Positions 54,314-64,000 of a stretch of DNA of 64,000 nt are shown here, one piece after another. This DNA comes from an uncultured Alphaproteobacteria bacterium. Lineage in GTDB: Bacteria > Pseudomonadota > Alphaproteobacteria > Geminicoccales > Geminicoccaceae. Made by a program: the position numbers and the translations under genes. The notes under the pieces are model-generated. The model worked only from the letters and a program-made list of their open reading frames with translations. It was not told the DNA's origin and made no database searches. Position 1 is the stretch's first letter, and every line of letters starts with the position of its first letter. The stretch covers positions 7,178 through 71,177 of the forward strand of contig CAVSVZ010000006.1 of assembly GCA_963731495.1 (NCBI GenBank). The letters are read 5' to 3'.

Positions 54314-54607
54314 CTATCGGCGGTCGAACAGTTTCCCGAGCACAAGGCCCACAGCAAAGGCGACCGCGACGCTGACCAGGGGCTTGTCGCCGATCTGGCC
54401 TTCGACGGCCCGCAGGCTGTCGCGGCCCGAGCTCTGGACATCGGTCGCGATCTGGTTCAGGCGCTTTTGCAGGGCGTCGATCTCGGACTCCGCGCGGTTC
54501 TTCGCGGTGCCTTTGACGGTCTCTACGATGCTCGCGAGGTCTTTGCGCAGAGCATCGAGATCGGACTTGATCGCGTCGACATCCTTGTTGAGGTCACGTT
54601 CGGCCAT
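54314..54607 (-). CDS. DUF883 (ElaB/YqjD) family membrane-anchored protein
   Basis: ATG 54607, MAERDLNKDVDAIKSDLDALRKDLASIVETVKG...DKPLVSVAVAFAVGLVLGKLF. 97 aa. Confidence 0.8.
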   Translation of the reverse strand: MAERDLNKDVDAIKSDLDALRKDLASIVETVKGTAKNRAESEIDALQKRLNQIATDVQSSGRDSLRAVEGQIGDKPLVSVAVAFAVGLVLGKLFDRR

Positions 54608-54849
54608 GCTGGGCTCCCGCTGCTGCCGCTCCCTATCGTCACCCGAAAGGCGAGCGAGTTCAACTCCGCTGAACTCGTGCAAAGGGCTGCACGCTGCAAA
54701 ACCCGAGTATAACGGCACGGCACCGACTTTGTTCCCGTGACGGTTGACGCCCGCCGGTTCTCCCGCGCTCGGCCCTCTTCGACCAGGCTTGACAAGCGAA
54801 CACATCGCTTCGAACAAGGAATCAGAAAAAAGTTGATGGAGGGACTATC

Positions 54850-55692
54850 GTGCGCAATCACGCCCTGATCGCGGCGGCCGCCTTGGCGGTCGGTCTGGCG
54901 ACCGGCACTGCGATGGCCAAGGACTGGACCTCGGTTCGGATCGCGACCGAAGGCGCCTACCCCCCGTGGAACTCGACCAACTCGTCGGGTCAGCTGATCG
55001 GCTTCGAGCTCGACCTGGCCAAGGATCTGTGCCAGCGCATGCAGGCCGAGTGCGAGATCGTGGCGCAGGACTGGGAGGGCATTATCCCGGCGCTGACCGC
55101 GGGCAAGTATGATGCCATCATGGCCGGCATGTCGATCACCGACGAGCGCAAGGAGGTGATCAATTTCACCGACAGCTACGCCAACGAGCCGGCCTATTTC
55201 GCGGTCCGCAAGGACAGCGACCTCGCGAGCTACCAGACCGACATGAACCTCGCCGACCTTGACGAGGTCGACAGCCAGGAGCAGGCGGCGATCGATGCCT
55301 TGAAGGAGGCGCTCGACGGCAAGTCGGTCGGCGTCCAGGTCGCCACCACGCACGCCAACTTCCTCGACCAATATATGAGCGATGCGGTCGATGTGCGCAC
55401 CTACGACACCCAGGAGAATCTCGACCTCGACCTGCAGGCCGGTCGGGTCGACGCGGCGCTCGCCTCGGCGAGCTATTGGTTCCCGATCATGGAGACCGAG
55501 AAGGGCGCCGACTTCACCCTGATCGGGCCTGGCCTCGACGGCGGGCCGTTCGGCGCAGGCGTCGGCGTCGGCATTCGCCAGGAGGACACCGATCTGGTGG
55601 AGATGTTCAACAAGGCGATCGCCGGGGCCAAAGAGGACGGCACCATCAACAGCCTCGCCCAGAAGTGGTTCGGCTTCGACGTGACCTCGTGA
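54850..55692 (+). CDS. polar amino acid ABC transporter substrate-binding protein (Lys/Arg/Orn/His/octopine type)
   Basis: GTG start with RBS GGAGGG. Signal peptide is followed by KDWTSVRIATEGAYPPWN...GFELDL.... Confidence 0.9.
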   Translation: MRNHALIAAAALAVGLATGTAMAKDWTSVRIATEGAYPPWNSTNSSGQLIGFELDLAKDLCQRMQAECEIVAQDWEGIIPALTAGKYDAIMAGMSITDERKEVINFTDSYANEPAYFAVRKDSDLASYQTDMNLADLDEVDSQEQAAIDALKEALDGKSVGVQVATTHANFLDQYMSDAVDVRTYDTQENLDLDLQAGRVDAALASASYWFPIMETEKGADFTLIGPGLDGGPFGAGVGVGIRQEDTDLVEMFNKAIAGAKEDGTINSLAQKWFGFDVTS

Positions 55693-55766
55693 TCCTCGCG
55701 TCCGATCGCACCGGGCCGCGCCGCGCGGCCCCGTCTGATCTGGTGAGCCTGGTCGGGACCTGAGCC

Positions 55767-56468
55767 ATGGAGTTGCTGAGCTTCGGCGACGCGGGCTGGG
55801 GCGACGAGATGCTGCGCGCGACGCTGATGACGCTCGCGGTCAGCCTGTCGTCGGTGGCGCTCGGCCTGGTGATCGGGACGCTCGGTGCGGCCGCCAAGCT
55901 GTCGGTGGTCGCGCCGCTGCGGTGGCTGGCGGAAGGCTACACGACGGTCGCGCGGGGCGTGCCGGAGCTCCTGATCATCTACCTTTTCTTCTTCGGCGGC
56001 AGTGGCACGGTGATGTTCCTCGCCGGGCTGTTCGGCTATCACGGCTACATTGAGATCAATGCGTTCACCATCGGCACCGTCGCGATCGGCATCATCTCCG
56101 GCGCCTATTCGACCGAGGTGATCCGCGGCGCGGTGCTGGCGGTGCCGGTCGGGCAGATCGAGGCAGCGAAGGCGATCGGCATGCCGCGCCGGCTGATGTT
56201 TCGCCGGATCATGCTGCCGCAGGTCGCGCGCTTCGCCCTGCCGGGTCTCGGCAATGTCTGGCAGTTCACGCTCAAGGACACCGCTTTGATCTCGGTCACC
56301 GGGCTGGTCGAGATCATGCGCCAAGCGCACGTCGCCTCCGGCTCGACCCGCCAGCCGTTCACCTTTTACGTGGTGGCGGGGGCGCTCTATCTGCTGCTGA
56401 CCACCTTCTCCAACTACGGCTTCCGGCGCGCCGAGGGCTGGGCCAATCGCGGCGTGAGGCGCGCCTGA
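55767..56468 (+). CDS. amino acid ABC transporter permease (HisQ-like)
   Basis: 233-aa ORF with ...AYSTEVIRGAVLAVPVGQIEAAKAIGM.... Confidence 0.9.
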   Translation: MELLSFGDAGWGDEMLRATLMTLAVSLSSVALGLVIGTLGAAAKLSVVAPLRWLAEGYTTVARGVPELLIIYLFFFGGSGTVMFLAGLFGYHGYIEINAFTIGTVAIGIISGAYSTEVIRGAVLAVPVGQIEAAKAIGMPRRLMFRRIMLPQVARFALPGLGNVWQFTLKDTALISVTGLVEIMRQAHVASGSTRQPFTFYVVAGALYLLLTTFSNYGFRRAEGWANRGVRRA

Positions 56469-57190
56469 TGAACCTCGCGCTGATGTGGGACAGTATCCCG
56501 CGGCTGCTGGCTGGGCTGCCCCTGACCCTGGAGCTGGTGACCCTGTCGCTGTTCGTGGGCTTCTTCGTCGCGATCGGCGTGGCGCTGATGCGGCTGTCGT
56601 CCTATCGCGTGGTGTCCGGCTTCGCCTATGTTTACGTGTTCGTGTTTCGTGGCACGCCGCTCCTCTTGCAGATCTACCTGATCTATTACGGCCTCGGCCA
56701 GTTCGAGGCGGTGCGCGACAGCTTCCTGTGGATCTTCTTTCGCGAGCCGTTCTGGTGCGCGATCCTTGCCTACACCCTCAATACCGGCGCCTATACCAGC
56801 GAGATCATTCGCGGCGGCATCCTGTCGGTGCCGTTTGCTCAGATCGAGGCGGCGCGCGCCTGCGGCATGGGCCGGGTTCTGATGTTCCGGCGCATCGTCT
56901 TCCCGCTCGCCATCCGACAGGCTCTGCCGGCTTACAGCAACGAGATCATGCTGATGGTCAAGGGCAGCTCGCTGGCCTCGACCATTACCCTGATGGAGGT
57001 GACCGGGATCGCGCGCAGCATCATCTCGAAGAGCTTCGCGCCGGTAGAGATCTTCATCGTGGCCGGCTCGATCTACCTGCTGATCAATTTCGCGGTGAGC
57101 CGCGCCGTCCGCTATGTCGAGTTCCGTCTGTCGGCTCATCTGCGGCAGCCGCCGCAGCCGATCGCCGCCGAACCGGTGGGCGCCCACTAA
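56468..57190 (+). CDS. amino acid ABC transporter permease (HisM-like)
   Basis: 240-aa ORF whose start overlaps the previous stop. It has ...AYTSEIIRGGILSVPFAQIEAARACGM.... Confidence 0.9.
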   Translation: MNLALMWDSIPRLLAGLPLTLELVTLSLFVGFFVAIGVALMRLSSYRVVSGFAYVYVFVFRGTPLLLQIYLIYYGLGQFEAVRDSFLWIFFREPFWCAILAYTLNTGAYTSEIIRGGILSVPFAQIEAARACGMGRVLMFRRIVFPLAIRQALPAYSNEIMLMVKGSSLASTITLMEVTGIARSIISKSFAPVEIFIVAGSIYLLINFAVSRAVRYVEFRLSAHLRQPPQPIAAEPVGAH

Positions 57191-57474
57191 GCGAGCTGGC
57201 GCCGAGATGGCCACAACAATCCTCGAGCCTGCACGCCACCGGTCGGACCATCATCGGGCTCCGGGCCACGCCGATGCGTGAATCCGCACACAAACGGGAA
57301 CAGGTGAGGCCGCCGACTGTTCCTACAGGCAGCCGAGCCCGGCAGAATGTGGTACCGGGGTCGCTGGAAGAGGGAGCGGCCCGGCCCATGAAAACAAAGG
57401 CGCGTTAACGCCTCATCGGCTAACATGACCAGTGGCGCCGATGGTGTTGTGATCGCCTGTTGAGGAGTTGCCCC

Positions 57475-58842
57475 TTGTCGAAGCCTGTTACCGCCCGCAA
57501 GCTGTTCGGTACCGATGGGATCCGCGGCACCGCCAACCGTCCGCCGATGACGGCCGAGACGGCGCTCCGGCTCGGTCTTGCAGCTGGCGGCTACTTCACC
57601 CGCGGCGACCACCGTCACCGGGTGGTGATCGGCAAGGACACCCGGCTGTCGGGCTACATGCTCGAGCCGGCGCTGACCGCGGGCTTCGTCGCCATGGGCA
57701 TGGACGTGATCCTGCTGAGCCCCTTGCCGACGCCGGGCGTCGCTCTGCTGACCCGCTCGCTGCGCGCCGACATCGGCGTGATGGTCTCGGCCTCGCACAA
57801 TCCCTATCAGGACAACGGCATCAAGCTGTTCGGCCCGGACGGCTACAAGCTGTCCGACGAGATCGAGCTGGCGATCGAGCAGCGCATGCGCGAAGGCGGC
57901 GACGAGGGACTGGCGGCGCCCGACATGCTGGGTCGCGCGACCCGCATGGACAGCGCGCGCGAGCGCTATGTCGAGGCGCTCAAGATGACCCTGCCCAAGG
58001 GCATGACCCTGGACGGTCTGCGCATCGTGATCGACTGTGCGCACGGCGCGGCCTATGGCGTCGCGCCCAAGGTGCTGTGGGAGCTCGGCGCCGAAGTGAT
58101 CCCGATCGGCGTCCAGCCGAACGGCTTCAACATCAACGCCGAGTGCGGCTCGACCGCGCCCCAGGCGATGCAGGAAGCGGTGCGCGAGCATGGCGCCCAT
58201 CTCGGCGTGGCGCTGGACGGCGATGCCGATCGCCTGGTGCTGGCGGATGAGCGCGGCGAGCTGATCGACGGCGATCAGCTCCTGGCCCTGCTCGCTGGCC
58301 ACTGGCAGGCCGAGGGGCAGCTGCGCGGCAATGCTGTGGTCGCGACGGCCATGTCGAACCTCGGGCTCGAGCGCCATCTCGAGAGCCTTGGCCTGCAGCT
58401 GCAGCGCACCCAGGTCGGCGATCGTTATGTGGTCGAGCGGATGCGCCGCAGCGGTTGCAATCTCGGCGGCGAGCAGTCCGGCCACATCGTCATGACCGAC
58501 TTCGCGACCACCGGCGACGGCCTGCTGGCCGCGCTGCAGATCCTCGCCATCATGTGCCGCCAGGATCGGCCGCTCAGCGAGTTCGGCCGGGTTTTCACGC
58601 CGCTGCCGCAGCGCCTGCGCAACTGCCGCCTGGGCGGTAGCGGGCGGCCGCTCGAGCTGTCGTCGGTGCAGGCTTGCATCGATGCCGCGCATGCCCGGCT
58701 GGGCGATCGCGGCCGGCTGCTGGTCCGCCCGTCGGGCACCGAGCCCGTGATTCGCGTGATGGTCGAGGCCGACGACGACATGCTGCTCGATCTGGTGCTG
58801 AACGACGTCGCCGGCGCCATCGAACGCCACGCCCAGGCATAG
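57475..58842 (+). CDS. glmM: phosphoglucosamine mutase
   Basis: ...[19 protein letters not shown]...[19 protein letters not shown]...[10 protein letters not shown].... TTG 57475, with GAGGAG 7 nt upstream, is preferred over the track start 57460. Confidence 0.9.
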   Translation: MSKPVTARKLFGTDGIRGTANRPPMTAETALRLGLAAGGYFTRGDHRHRVVIGKDTRLSGYMLEPALTAGFVAMGMDVILLSPLPTPGVALLTRSLRADIGVMVSASHNPYQDNGIKLFGPDGYKLSDEIELAIEQRMREGGDEGLAAPDMLGRATRMDSARERYVEALKMTLPKGMTLDGLRIVIDCAHGAAYGVAPKVLWELGAEVIPIGVQPNGFNINAECGSTAPQAMQEAVREHGAHLGVALDGDADRLVLADERGELIDGDQLLALLAGHWQAEGQLRGNAVVATAMSNLGLERHLESLGLQLQRTQVGDRYVVERMRRSGCNLGGEQSGHIVMTDFATTGDGLLAALQILAIMCRQDRPLSEFGRVFTPLPQRLRNCRLGGSGRPLELSSVQACIDAAHARLGDRGRLLVRPSGTEPVIRVMVEADDDMLLDLVLNDVAGAIERHAQA

Positions 58843-59444
58843 GCCGGCGCGCCGGCACTGGACCAACGCGGCGGCGCTGTCGTCGGTCTGGAGCGCTTCC
58901 CGCAATCAGCGAACCGGCCCGCTCCCCTTCGCAACCACCCGCAGGGTACCAAGGCTGGGTGGTTGGGAGGCGGGCGGTGCCAGAGGCGCGCCTGGCTCCC
59001 AGCCGACGGCGGTTGGTCCCCCGGCTCCACTCAGTGGAACGTGCTCGAACGCTGCCTCACCGAAATCGGTCGGAACCCTGGCGAACGCTCAGCCGATGAT
59101 CGGCAACATGGTCGCGTTGGAACGCTCCACCGAGCGCCCTGTTCGCCGGCTGATCGGTGACGAGCTCAAGGACGTGGGCGCCGAGAGCTGCTCTCGACCG
59201 GCCCGCAGCCCCTCTGCCGGTGCGCCGCGTCACGGGCGACCCGTTACCGAGCTATCAACGACCTGATCTGGCGCACGGAGCGATGGAACGCAGGCGCCAG
59301 GCCCGCGCACGAGCCGTTTGCGCGCCCGCACGGACCAGCAACGTCCTGTGGGGCCAGCGAGGCGGCCGTGGATGCGTTGAAGCGTGCGCAGCCTGCCCGC
59401 CTTGCCGGCCCCGGCCAGGGCCAGCGTCGGAATGGAAAGGTATG

Positions 59445-60053
59445 CTACTTGCCGCCGCTCGCCCGCTCGGTGCCCCCGAGTGGCGACGGCTTCGCCTCAT
59501 AGCCGGCCCCGTGGCCTGCGCCGCTGCCGGTGGCGTTCAACACGCTGATGTTGCCGGCGATCTGACCGCCGCGCTCGAGTTCCAGCTCGCCGTAGCGCAC
59601 CGTGCCGGTGAGCTTGCCGGTGCCGCGCACGAACAGTCGCTTGCGCACCGTCAGATCACCCTCGTAGACGCCGCTGATGTCGGCTTCCTCGACCTCGCAG
59701 CCGCCGGTAAACCGCCCGGATTCGGCAATCTCGAGGGCCAGCGTGTCGTTCAGGGTCGCCTCGACCGCACCTTCGACCACCAGGCGGTCGCAGGAGCTGA
59801 TCTCGCCGCTCAGCCGGATGCCCTGGCCGACGATCAGCCGCTTGCCGGCGGCATCCCGGTCCGGGTCCGACATCCGGGTCTGCGACGAGCTGCTCGAAGG
59901 CTCGACGGCACCCGGCTTCGGGCCCGCTTCGACGCTCGGAAGCTCGACCTTGCGAGGCGGCAGCTCGGTCGACGCACCTTCACCCACCGAGCGGCGAAGG
60001 ATGCCCTCACCGCCGGTCGAACCTTCGCTATCCGTATCTTTCTTGCGGAACAT
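59445..60053 (-). CDS. bactofilin family protein
   Basis: ATG 60053 (MFRKKDTDS...). The central beta-helical repeat region is LIVGQGIRLSGEISSCDRLVVEGAVEATL...GVYEGDLTVRKRLFVRGTGKLTGTVRYGELELERGGQIAGNI. Confidence 0.8.
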   Translation of the reverse strand: MFRKKDTDSEGSTGGEGILRRSVGEGASTELPPRKVELPSVEAGPKPGAVEPSSSSSQTRMSDPDRDAAGKRLIVGQGIRLSGEISSCDRLVVEGAVEATLNDTLALEIAESGRFTGGCEVEEADISGVYEGDLTVRKRLFVRGTGKLTGTVRYGELELERGGQIAGNISVLNATGSGAGHGAGYEAKPSPLGGTERASGGK

Positions 60054-60260
60054 GCTGACCGACCCCCAGGTTGTAAGGCCTCCTTGCGGAGATCTTACCG
60101 TGGAACCATGACGATGCACGCCTTAATGCCGATTAACGGTAAAGAAACCATGAACGCCACCCACGCCGCCCGCGTGTCCAATGCCCACACCGCCCGGCAG
60201 TTCTTCGGACTGATCTCGCCCCCCTTCCGCCCGGCCTCGCCAACGAGCGCAAGCCCCGTT

Positions 60261-61046
60261 CTAGCCGGCGCCGGCCGGGCCGACCCGCAGCCGCTCCGCC
60301 GCGCCCGCCCGCCGGCGCAGGCCCTCGAACAGATGGACCATGAAGCAGATCGCGATCACCGGCGCGATCAGATTGAGCACCGGCACGGTCAGCAGTGCCG
60401 CGATCCAGACGCCGGCCCACCACAGCCGTCCCCGCGCCGCCCGGCGCAACGTCGCGACCGAGCGCCAACCCAGCCGGCGCTGCGCCACCAGCTCGAAATA
60501 CTCGCGCCCCAGCAGGTAGCCGTTGAGCGCGACATAGACGATCACATTGGGGCCCGGCAGCAGATACAGCGGCAGGACCAGCAAATTCAGCACAAGCGCG
60601 ACCATGGCGAAGTGGACAGCACCCCAGCTGCTCTGCGCAAAGCCCATGCCCGGCGCCGGCGGCAGATCCGGATAGTATCGCCGCTCGACCGCCTCGATCA
60701 CCTCTTCGGCGAACAGGCCCAGGGTGGTCGCGATCGCGATCGGAAACAGCAGCCACGCCAGCACCAGCGCGCCGACCGAGCCGAGCACCGCGAGCGTGCC
60801 GTCGAGCCAGGCGAAGCCGGTCGGGTCGAGCGCGCCGAGGCCGAACCCGACACCGGCGATCAGCAGCGCGAAGGTCACCAGCGCCAACCCGACGCAGCGC
60901 ACCAGGACGCGCCGGACCGGCGGGTCGAACAGCTGTCGGATGCTGAGAATCAGGGCTTTGAGCAAGACCAGGCCCGTTATGCGGTTTCGCCCAGATATGG
61001 GCACCGCCACGCCACACGCCAAGCCGCCGCTCCACACGGTGGCCAA
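60261..61046 (-). CDS. EI24/CysZ-like membrane protein
   Basis: ...LILSIRQLFDPPVRRVL... followed by 4-5 TM helices. The real start is probably internal (e.g. TTG 60965), because the first ~25 aa of the maximal ORF look non-native. Confidence 0.6.
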   Translation of the reverse strand: MATVWSGGLACGVAVPISGRNRITGLVLLKALILSIRQLFDPPVRRVLVRCVGLALVTFALLIAGVGFGLGALDPTGFAWLDGTLAVLGSVGALVLAWLLFPIAIATTLGLFAEEVIEAVERRYYPDLPPAPGMGFAQSSWGAVHFAMVALVLNLLVLPLYLLPGPNVIVYVALNGYLLGREYFELVAQRRLGWRSVATLRRAARGRLWWAGVWIAALLTVPVLNLIAPVIAICFMVHLFEGLRRRAGAAERLRVGPAGAG

Positions 61047-61153
61047 GTCTCGTACGGCAAACCTATACTCGGTGCGTCTAGGCTTTCGACGCCAGACACC
61101 AGGCGCCTCTTCGTGTCGGCGCCGCCACCCGCTCGATTGGAGGTTGCTGCTTC

Positions 61154-62161
61154 ATGACCACGCCTACGGATGCGACCGAGCTCGACGTGCTCGGCCTCGG
61201 CAATGCCATCGTCGACGTCCTGTACGAGGCCGACGATCGCATGCTCGACCGGCTCGATCTGGCCAAGGGCACGATGACGCTGGTCGATCAGGCGCGCATG
61301 GCCGAGCTGTACGGCGGCATCGGGCCGGCGGTCGAGATGTCGGGCGGCTCCTGCGCCAACACGATGGCCGCGCTGGCATCGCTCGGCGCGCGCGCCGCCT
61401 ATGTCGGCAAGGTCCAGCGCGACCAACTGGGCGAGGTGTTTGGCCACGATATCCGCGCCACCGGCGTGACCTTCGACAGCCGGCCGCTGGAGGGTGGCCC
61501 ACCGACCGCGCGCTGCCTGGTGCTGGTCACGCCGGACGCCCAGCGCACCATGGCGACCTATCTCGGCGCCTGCGTCGAGCTGGGGCCGGACGACGTCGAC
61601 GAAGCCCGCGTCGCGGCCGCCCAAATCGTCTATCTCGAGGGCTATCTGTGGGACCGGCCGAACGCCAAGCAAGCCTGCCTGAAAGCCGCCGAGATCGCCC
61701 ATCGCCACGGCCGGCAGGTCGCGCTCACCCTGTCCGATCCGTTCTGCGTCGCGCGCTGGCGCGCCGAGTTCGCCGACCTGATCGCCCACCACGCCGACAT
61801 CGTGATCGCCAACGAGGTGGAGATCTGCAGCCTGTACGGCGCCAACAGCTTCGACGACGTGGTCGACGTCGTGCGCGGCCAGATCGGCGTCGCAGCGCTC
61901 ACCCGCGGCGCCGAGGGTTCGGTGATCGTCGCCGGCGACGAGGTCCACGTGATCGAGGCGGCGCCGATCGAGAAGCTGGTCGATACCACCGGCGCGGGCG
62001 ATCTGTATGCGGCCGGCCTGCTCTATGGCCTGACCCACGATCTGCCGCTGGCCACCTGCGGCCACCTTGCGAGCCTCTCGGCCGGCCATATTCTCGGCCA
62101 CTACGGCGCGCGCGCCGCGGGCCCGCTCAAGCCGCTGGTTGCGGCCGCCCACACCGCCTGA
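61154..62161 (+). CDS. adenosine kinase / PfkB family carbohydrate kinase
   Basis: 335-aa ORF with ...LGLGNAIVDVL...GGSCANT... and the C-terminal DTTGAGDLYAAGLLYGL motif. Confidence 0.8.
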   Translation: MTTPTDATELDVLGLGNAIVDVLYEADDRMLDRLDLAKGTMTLVDQARMAELYGGIGPAVEMSGGSCANTMAALASLGARAAYVGKVQRDQLGEVFGHDIRATGVTFDSRPLEGGPPTARCLVLVTPDAQRTMATYLGACVELGPDDVDEARVAAAQIVYLEGYLWDRPNAKQACLKAAEIAHRHGRQVALTLSDPFCVARWRAEFADLIAHHADIVIANEVEICSLYGANSFDDVVDVVRGQIGVAALTRGAEGSVIVAGDEVHVIEAAPIEKLVDTTGAGDLYAAGLLYGLTHDLPLATCGHLASLSAGHILGHYGARAAGPLKPLVAAAHTA

Positions 62162-62224
62162 CACGCCACTCCTGCGGCCGCCAAGGGCGAGGCGCCAACT
62201 GCGATTCGGGCGCTCCCGGTCCGA

Positions 62225-64000
62225 TCAGCTGTCGAACCAGAAGGTGTCGGGGTGGTAGATGCCGAACTGCGCGCCCGGCTCCCAATTGTAGACCGCCTCG
62301 TCCGGCAGGTTGTGGAGCGTGGTGCGTGCCGCGACCGGCTGCATGATGCCGCTGATCAGGCCGATCGAATAGACCTGGTCGCTGTAGGTCGCGAGCATCG
62401 CGTCCCAGATCTTGCGTCGCTCCTCCTTGGTGCGCGCGCCCCGCCACTGCTCGAACAGGTCCAGGAGCTTGGTCGCCTCCGGCAAGTCGGGCGCCGCGCC
62501 GGCCTCGCCCCTGGTCTCGTAGTACTGGCCCCACTTCGGCCACTGCAGCTGTTGCTGGTTGGTCGGCGCGAACTCCTGCGGGCTCATGTCCGCTGTCGGA
62601 ATCCCGTTCTCGAGACCGTACCAGATCGACATCAGGGTCTCGCCGGAGAAGATCCGGTTGCGGAACACCTCGCGCTGCGAGGGCCGGGTCAGGATCTTGA
62701 TGCCGAGCGCCAGCCAGTCCTCGGCTACCAGCTCGAGGATGTCGGACTGCTCGGTGTCCTCACCCGCCGTCTCGACTACCAGCTCCATCGGGCGGCCGTC
62801 GGGCAGCAGTCGCAGGCCGTCCGCGGAGCGCTCCGTCAGACCGATCTCGTCGAGCAGGGCGTTGGCGCGCTCGGGGTCGTGCGTGGCCCAGGTGTCGCGA
62901 TATTCCGGCTTGTAGAGCGGGCTTTGCGGCAGCACCGTGTTGTTGCCACCCGTGCCGAGCCCGTAATACATGATCTGATTGATCTCGTCGCGATCCACCC
63001 CAAGCGACAGGGCGCGCCGGAAACGCACGTCGCGGAACAGATCGCGCCAGACCTCGTCCTGGGCGTTGAGATTGGGATAGACCGCCAGATGCGCGCCCTG
63101 GGCGGTGGTCCACAGGTGGGTTGCCAGCTTGCTGCGCTCCTCGCTCTCCTTCAAGAACGTGTAGTGCTTGAAGAACAGGCCGCGCGACTGCAGGTCGGTC
63201 TCGCCCGCGCCCGTCTTGATCGGGATCAGCTTGTCGTCGACCACGTCGAACACGACCTCGTCGATATAGGGCAGCTGCTGTCCGTCCGGGTCGACCCGAT
63301 GAAAGTACGGGTTGCGCTTGAAGATGAATCGCGTGGCGGGTGGCGCGTTGGTCAGCATCCACGGCTGCAACGTCGGCAGATCCGGATTGTCGAACTTGTA
63401 CATGCCGTCCTTGCGGCCGTGCAGCTGCGCCCAGTCGCGTGCCTGGGTCTCCTCGATCATGGCCGCCAGCTTGTCCGGATCGGCGTACTTCTCGTGAAAC
63501 TGCTTGAGATAGTGCGCCGGCATGTAGATGAACAACGGCGTCGCCTGCGCCAGCAGCGGCAGGAAGAACGGATTGGGCTTCGACCAGCTGTAACGCACGG
63601 TCAGCTCGTCGAGAATTTCGACCTTGGCGGGCTCACCATCTACGAACAGGTCGACCGGGGGACCGACCGGGTACAGCGCCTCGTTGTTGGCGACGTCCTC
63701 CCACCAGTAGCGGAAGTCCTCGCTGGTGAACGGCTGGCCGTCGGACCATTTGTGTCCCTCGCGCAGATGCAGGGTGAAGATCCGGCCATCCTCGACCTCG
63801 ACGTCCTTCAGGATGTCGGGCACCAGCTCGAGGTTCTCGTCGTAGCCGACCAGGCGGGCATAGCCGTAGACCACCATCAAGCGGGTATCTCTGGGCCGAG
63901 CCACCAGCATGTGCAGCGTGCCGCCTGGTTTGCCGATGGTCTTGCCGGTCGCATCGAAGTCGACGACCTTCGGTTCCTCGGGCGGCTCGGCGAAAACCGG
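62225..64000 (-). CDS. ABC transporter substrate-binding protein, peptide/nickel family 5 (5' end beyond the window)
   Basis: ORF 62225..63910 continues open upstream of its first Met to the window edge (...KVVDFDATGKTIGKPGGTLHMLVARP...). The sequence is typical of family 5 SBPs. Confidence 0.85.
   Translation of the reverse strand, partial: PVFAEPPEEPKVVDFDATGKTIGKPGGTLHMLVARPRDTRLMVVYGYARLVGYDENLELVPDILKDVEVEDGRIFTLHLREGHKWSDGQPFTSEDFRYWWEDVANNEALYPVGPPVDLFVDGEPAKVEILDELTVRYSWSKPNPFFLPLLAQATPLFIYMPAHYLKQFHEKYADPDKLAAMIEETQARDWAQLHGRKDGMYKFDNPDLPTLQPWMLTNAPPATRFIFKRNPYFHRVDPDGQQLPYIDEVVFDVVDDKLIPIKTGAGETDLQSRGLFFKHYTFLKESEERSKLATHLWTTAQGAHLAVYPNLNAQDEVWRDLFRDVRFRRALSLGVDRDEINQIMYYGLGTGGNNTVLPQSPLYKPEYRDTWATHDPERANALLDEIGLTERSADGLRLLPDGRPMELVVETAGEDTEQSDILELVAEDWLALGIKILTRPSQREVFRNRIFSGETLMSIWYGLENGIPTADMSPQEFAPTNQQQLQWPKWGQYYETRGEAGAAPDLPEATKLLDLFEQWRGARTKEERRKIWDAMLATYSDQVYSIGLISGIMQPVAARTTLHNLPDEAVYNWEPGAQFGIYHPDTFWFDS

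Noticed and set aside
54789-54817. Perfect TTGACA -35 hexamer upstream of the amino-acid ABC operon
   Set aside because: No acceptable -10 element lies at 16-18 nt spacing (GAACAA/AACAAG), so it is not reported as a promoter.
58940-59030. GGTGCCAGAGGCGCGCCTGG and CCGGCTCCAC strings reminiscent of RNase P RNA
   Set aside because: The order of the elements is wrong and the universal GAGGAAAGTCCGGGCTC core is absent.
60121-60139. AT-rich near-palindrome CCTTAATGCCGATTAACGG upstream of the bactofilin gene
   Set aside because: The TTAA half-sites are separated by 6 nt, not the 7 nt required for a CtrA box. I know of no other regulator motif to assign it to.

Overview
High-GC bacterial chromosomal segment, about 65-70% G+C in my manual 60-nt spot counts. 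Gene content suggests a proteobacterium, possibly an alphaproteobacterium, but that is inference only. I see about 60 protein-coding loci and recognised no rRNA, tRNA, CRISPR array, transposase or integrase by eye. Most content is housekeeping or transport: a CHASE2-PAS-GGDEF-EAL protein with a FecR partner, sugar, peptide and amino-acid ABC importers, an MFS transporter, oxidoreductases, glmM, bactofilin and adenosine kinase. Three things stand out. (1) A ~14-kb type IV pilus / MSHA-like cluster at 29.1-43.5 kb. It has a TPR protein, pilT, a lipoprotein secretin, two long-leader pilins behind a near-consensus sigma-54 promoter, and a GspE/PilB ATPase with a textbook MshEN c-di-GMP-binding motif. 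It also has GspF/PilC, PilMN- and PilO-like proteins, and an ABC-2 permease plus ABC ATPase built into the operons. (2) A ~1.9-kb low-GC cassette at 23.66-25.60 kb encodes an ABC-type ATPase translationally coupled to a DUF4276 (Toprim-like) protein. It sits where oppDF would be expected, abuts a higB relic plus orphan higA, and is followed by an AT-rich spacer and a vapBC pair, so it is a candidate defence or conflict module. (3) Frame disruptions and truncations are unusually dense and clustered, with at least 20 frame changes in about 11 genes while long neighbouring genes are intact. This means either real gene decay or local base-calling errors. Many long ORFs in the track are antisense artefacts of the high GC content and were discarded. 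Coding strand was assigned by recognisable protein families and motifs.
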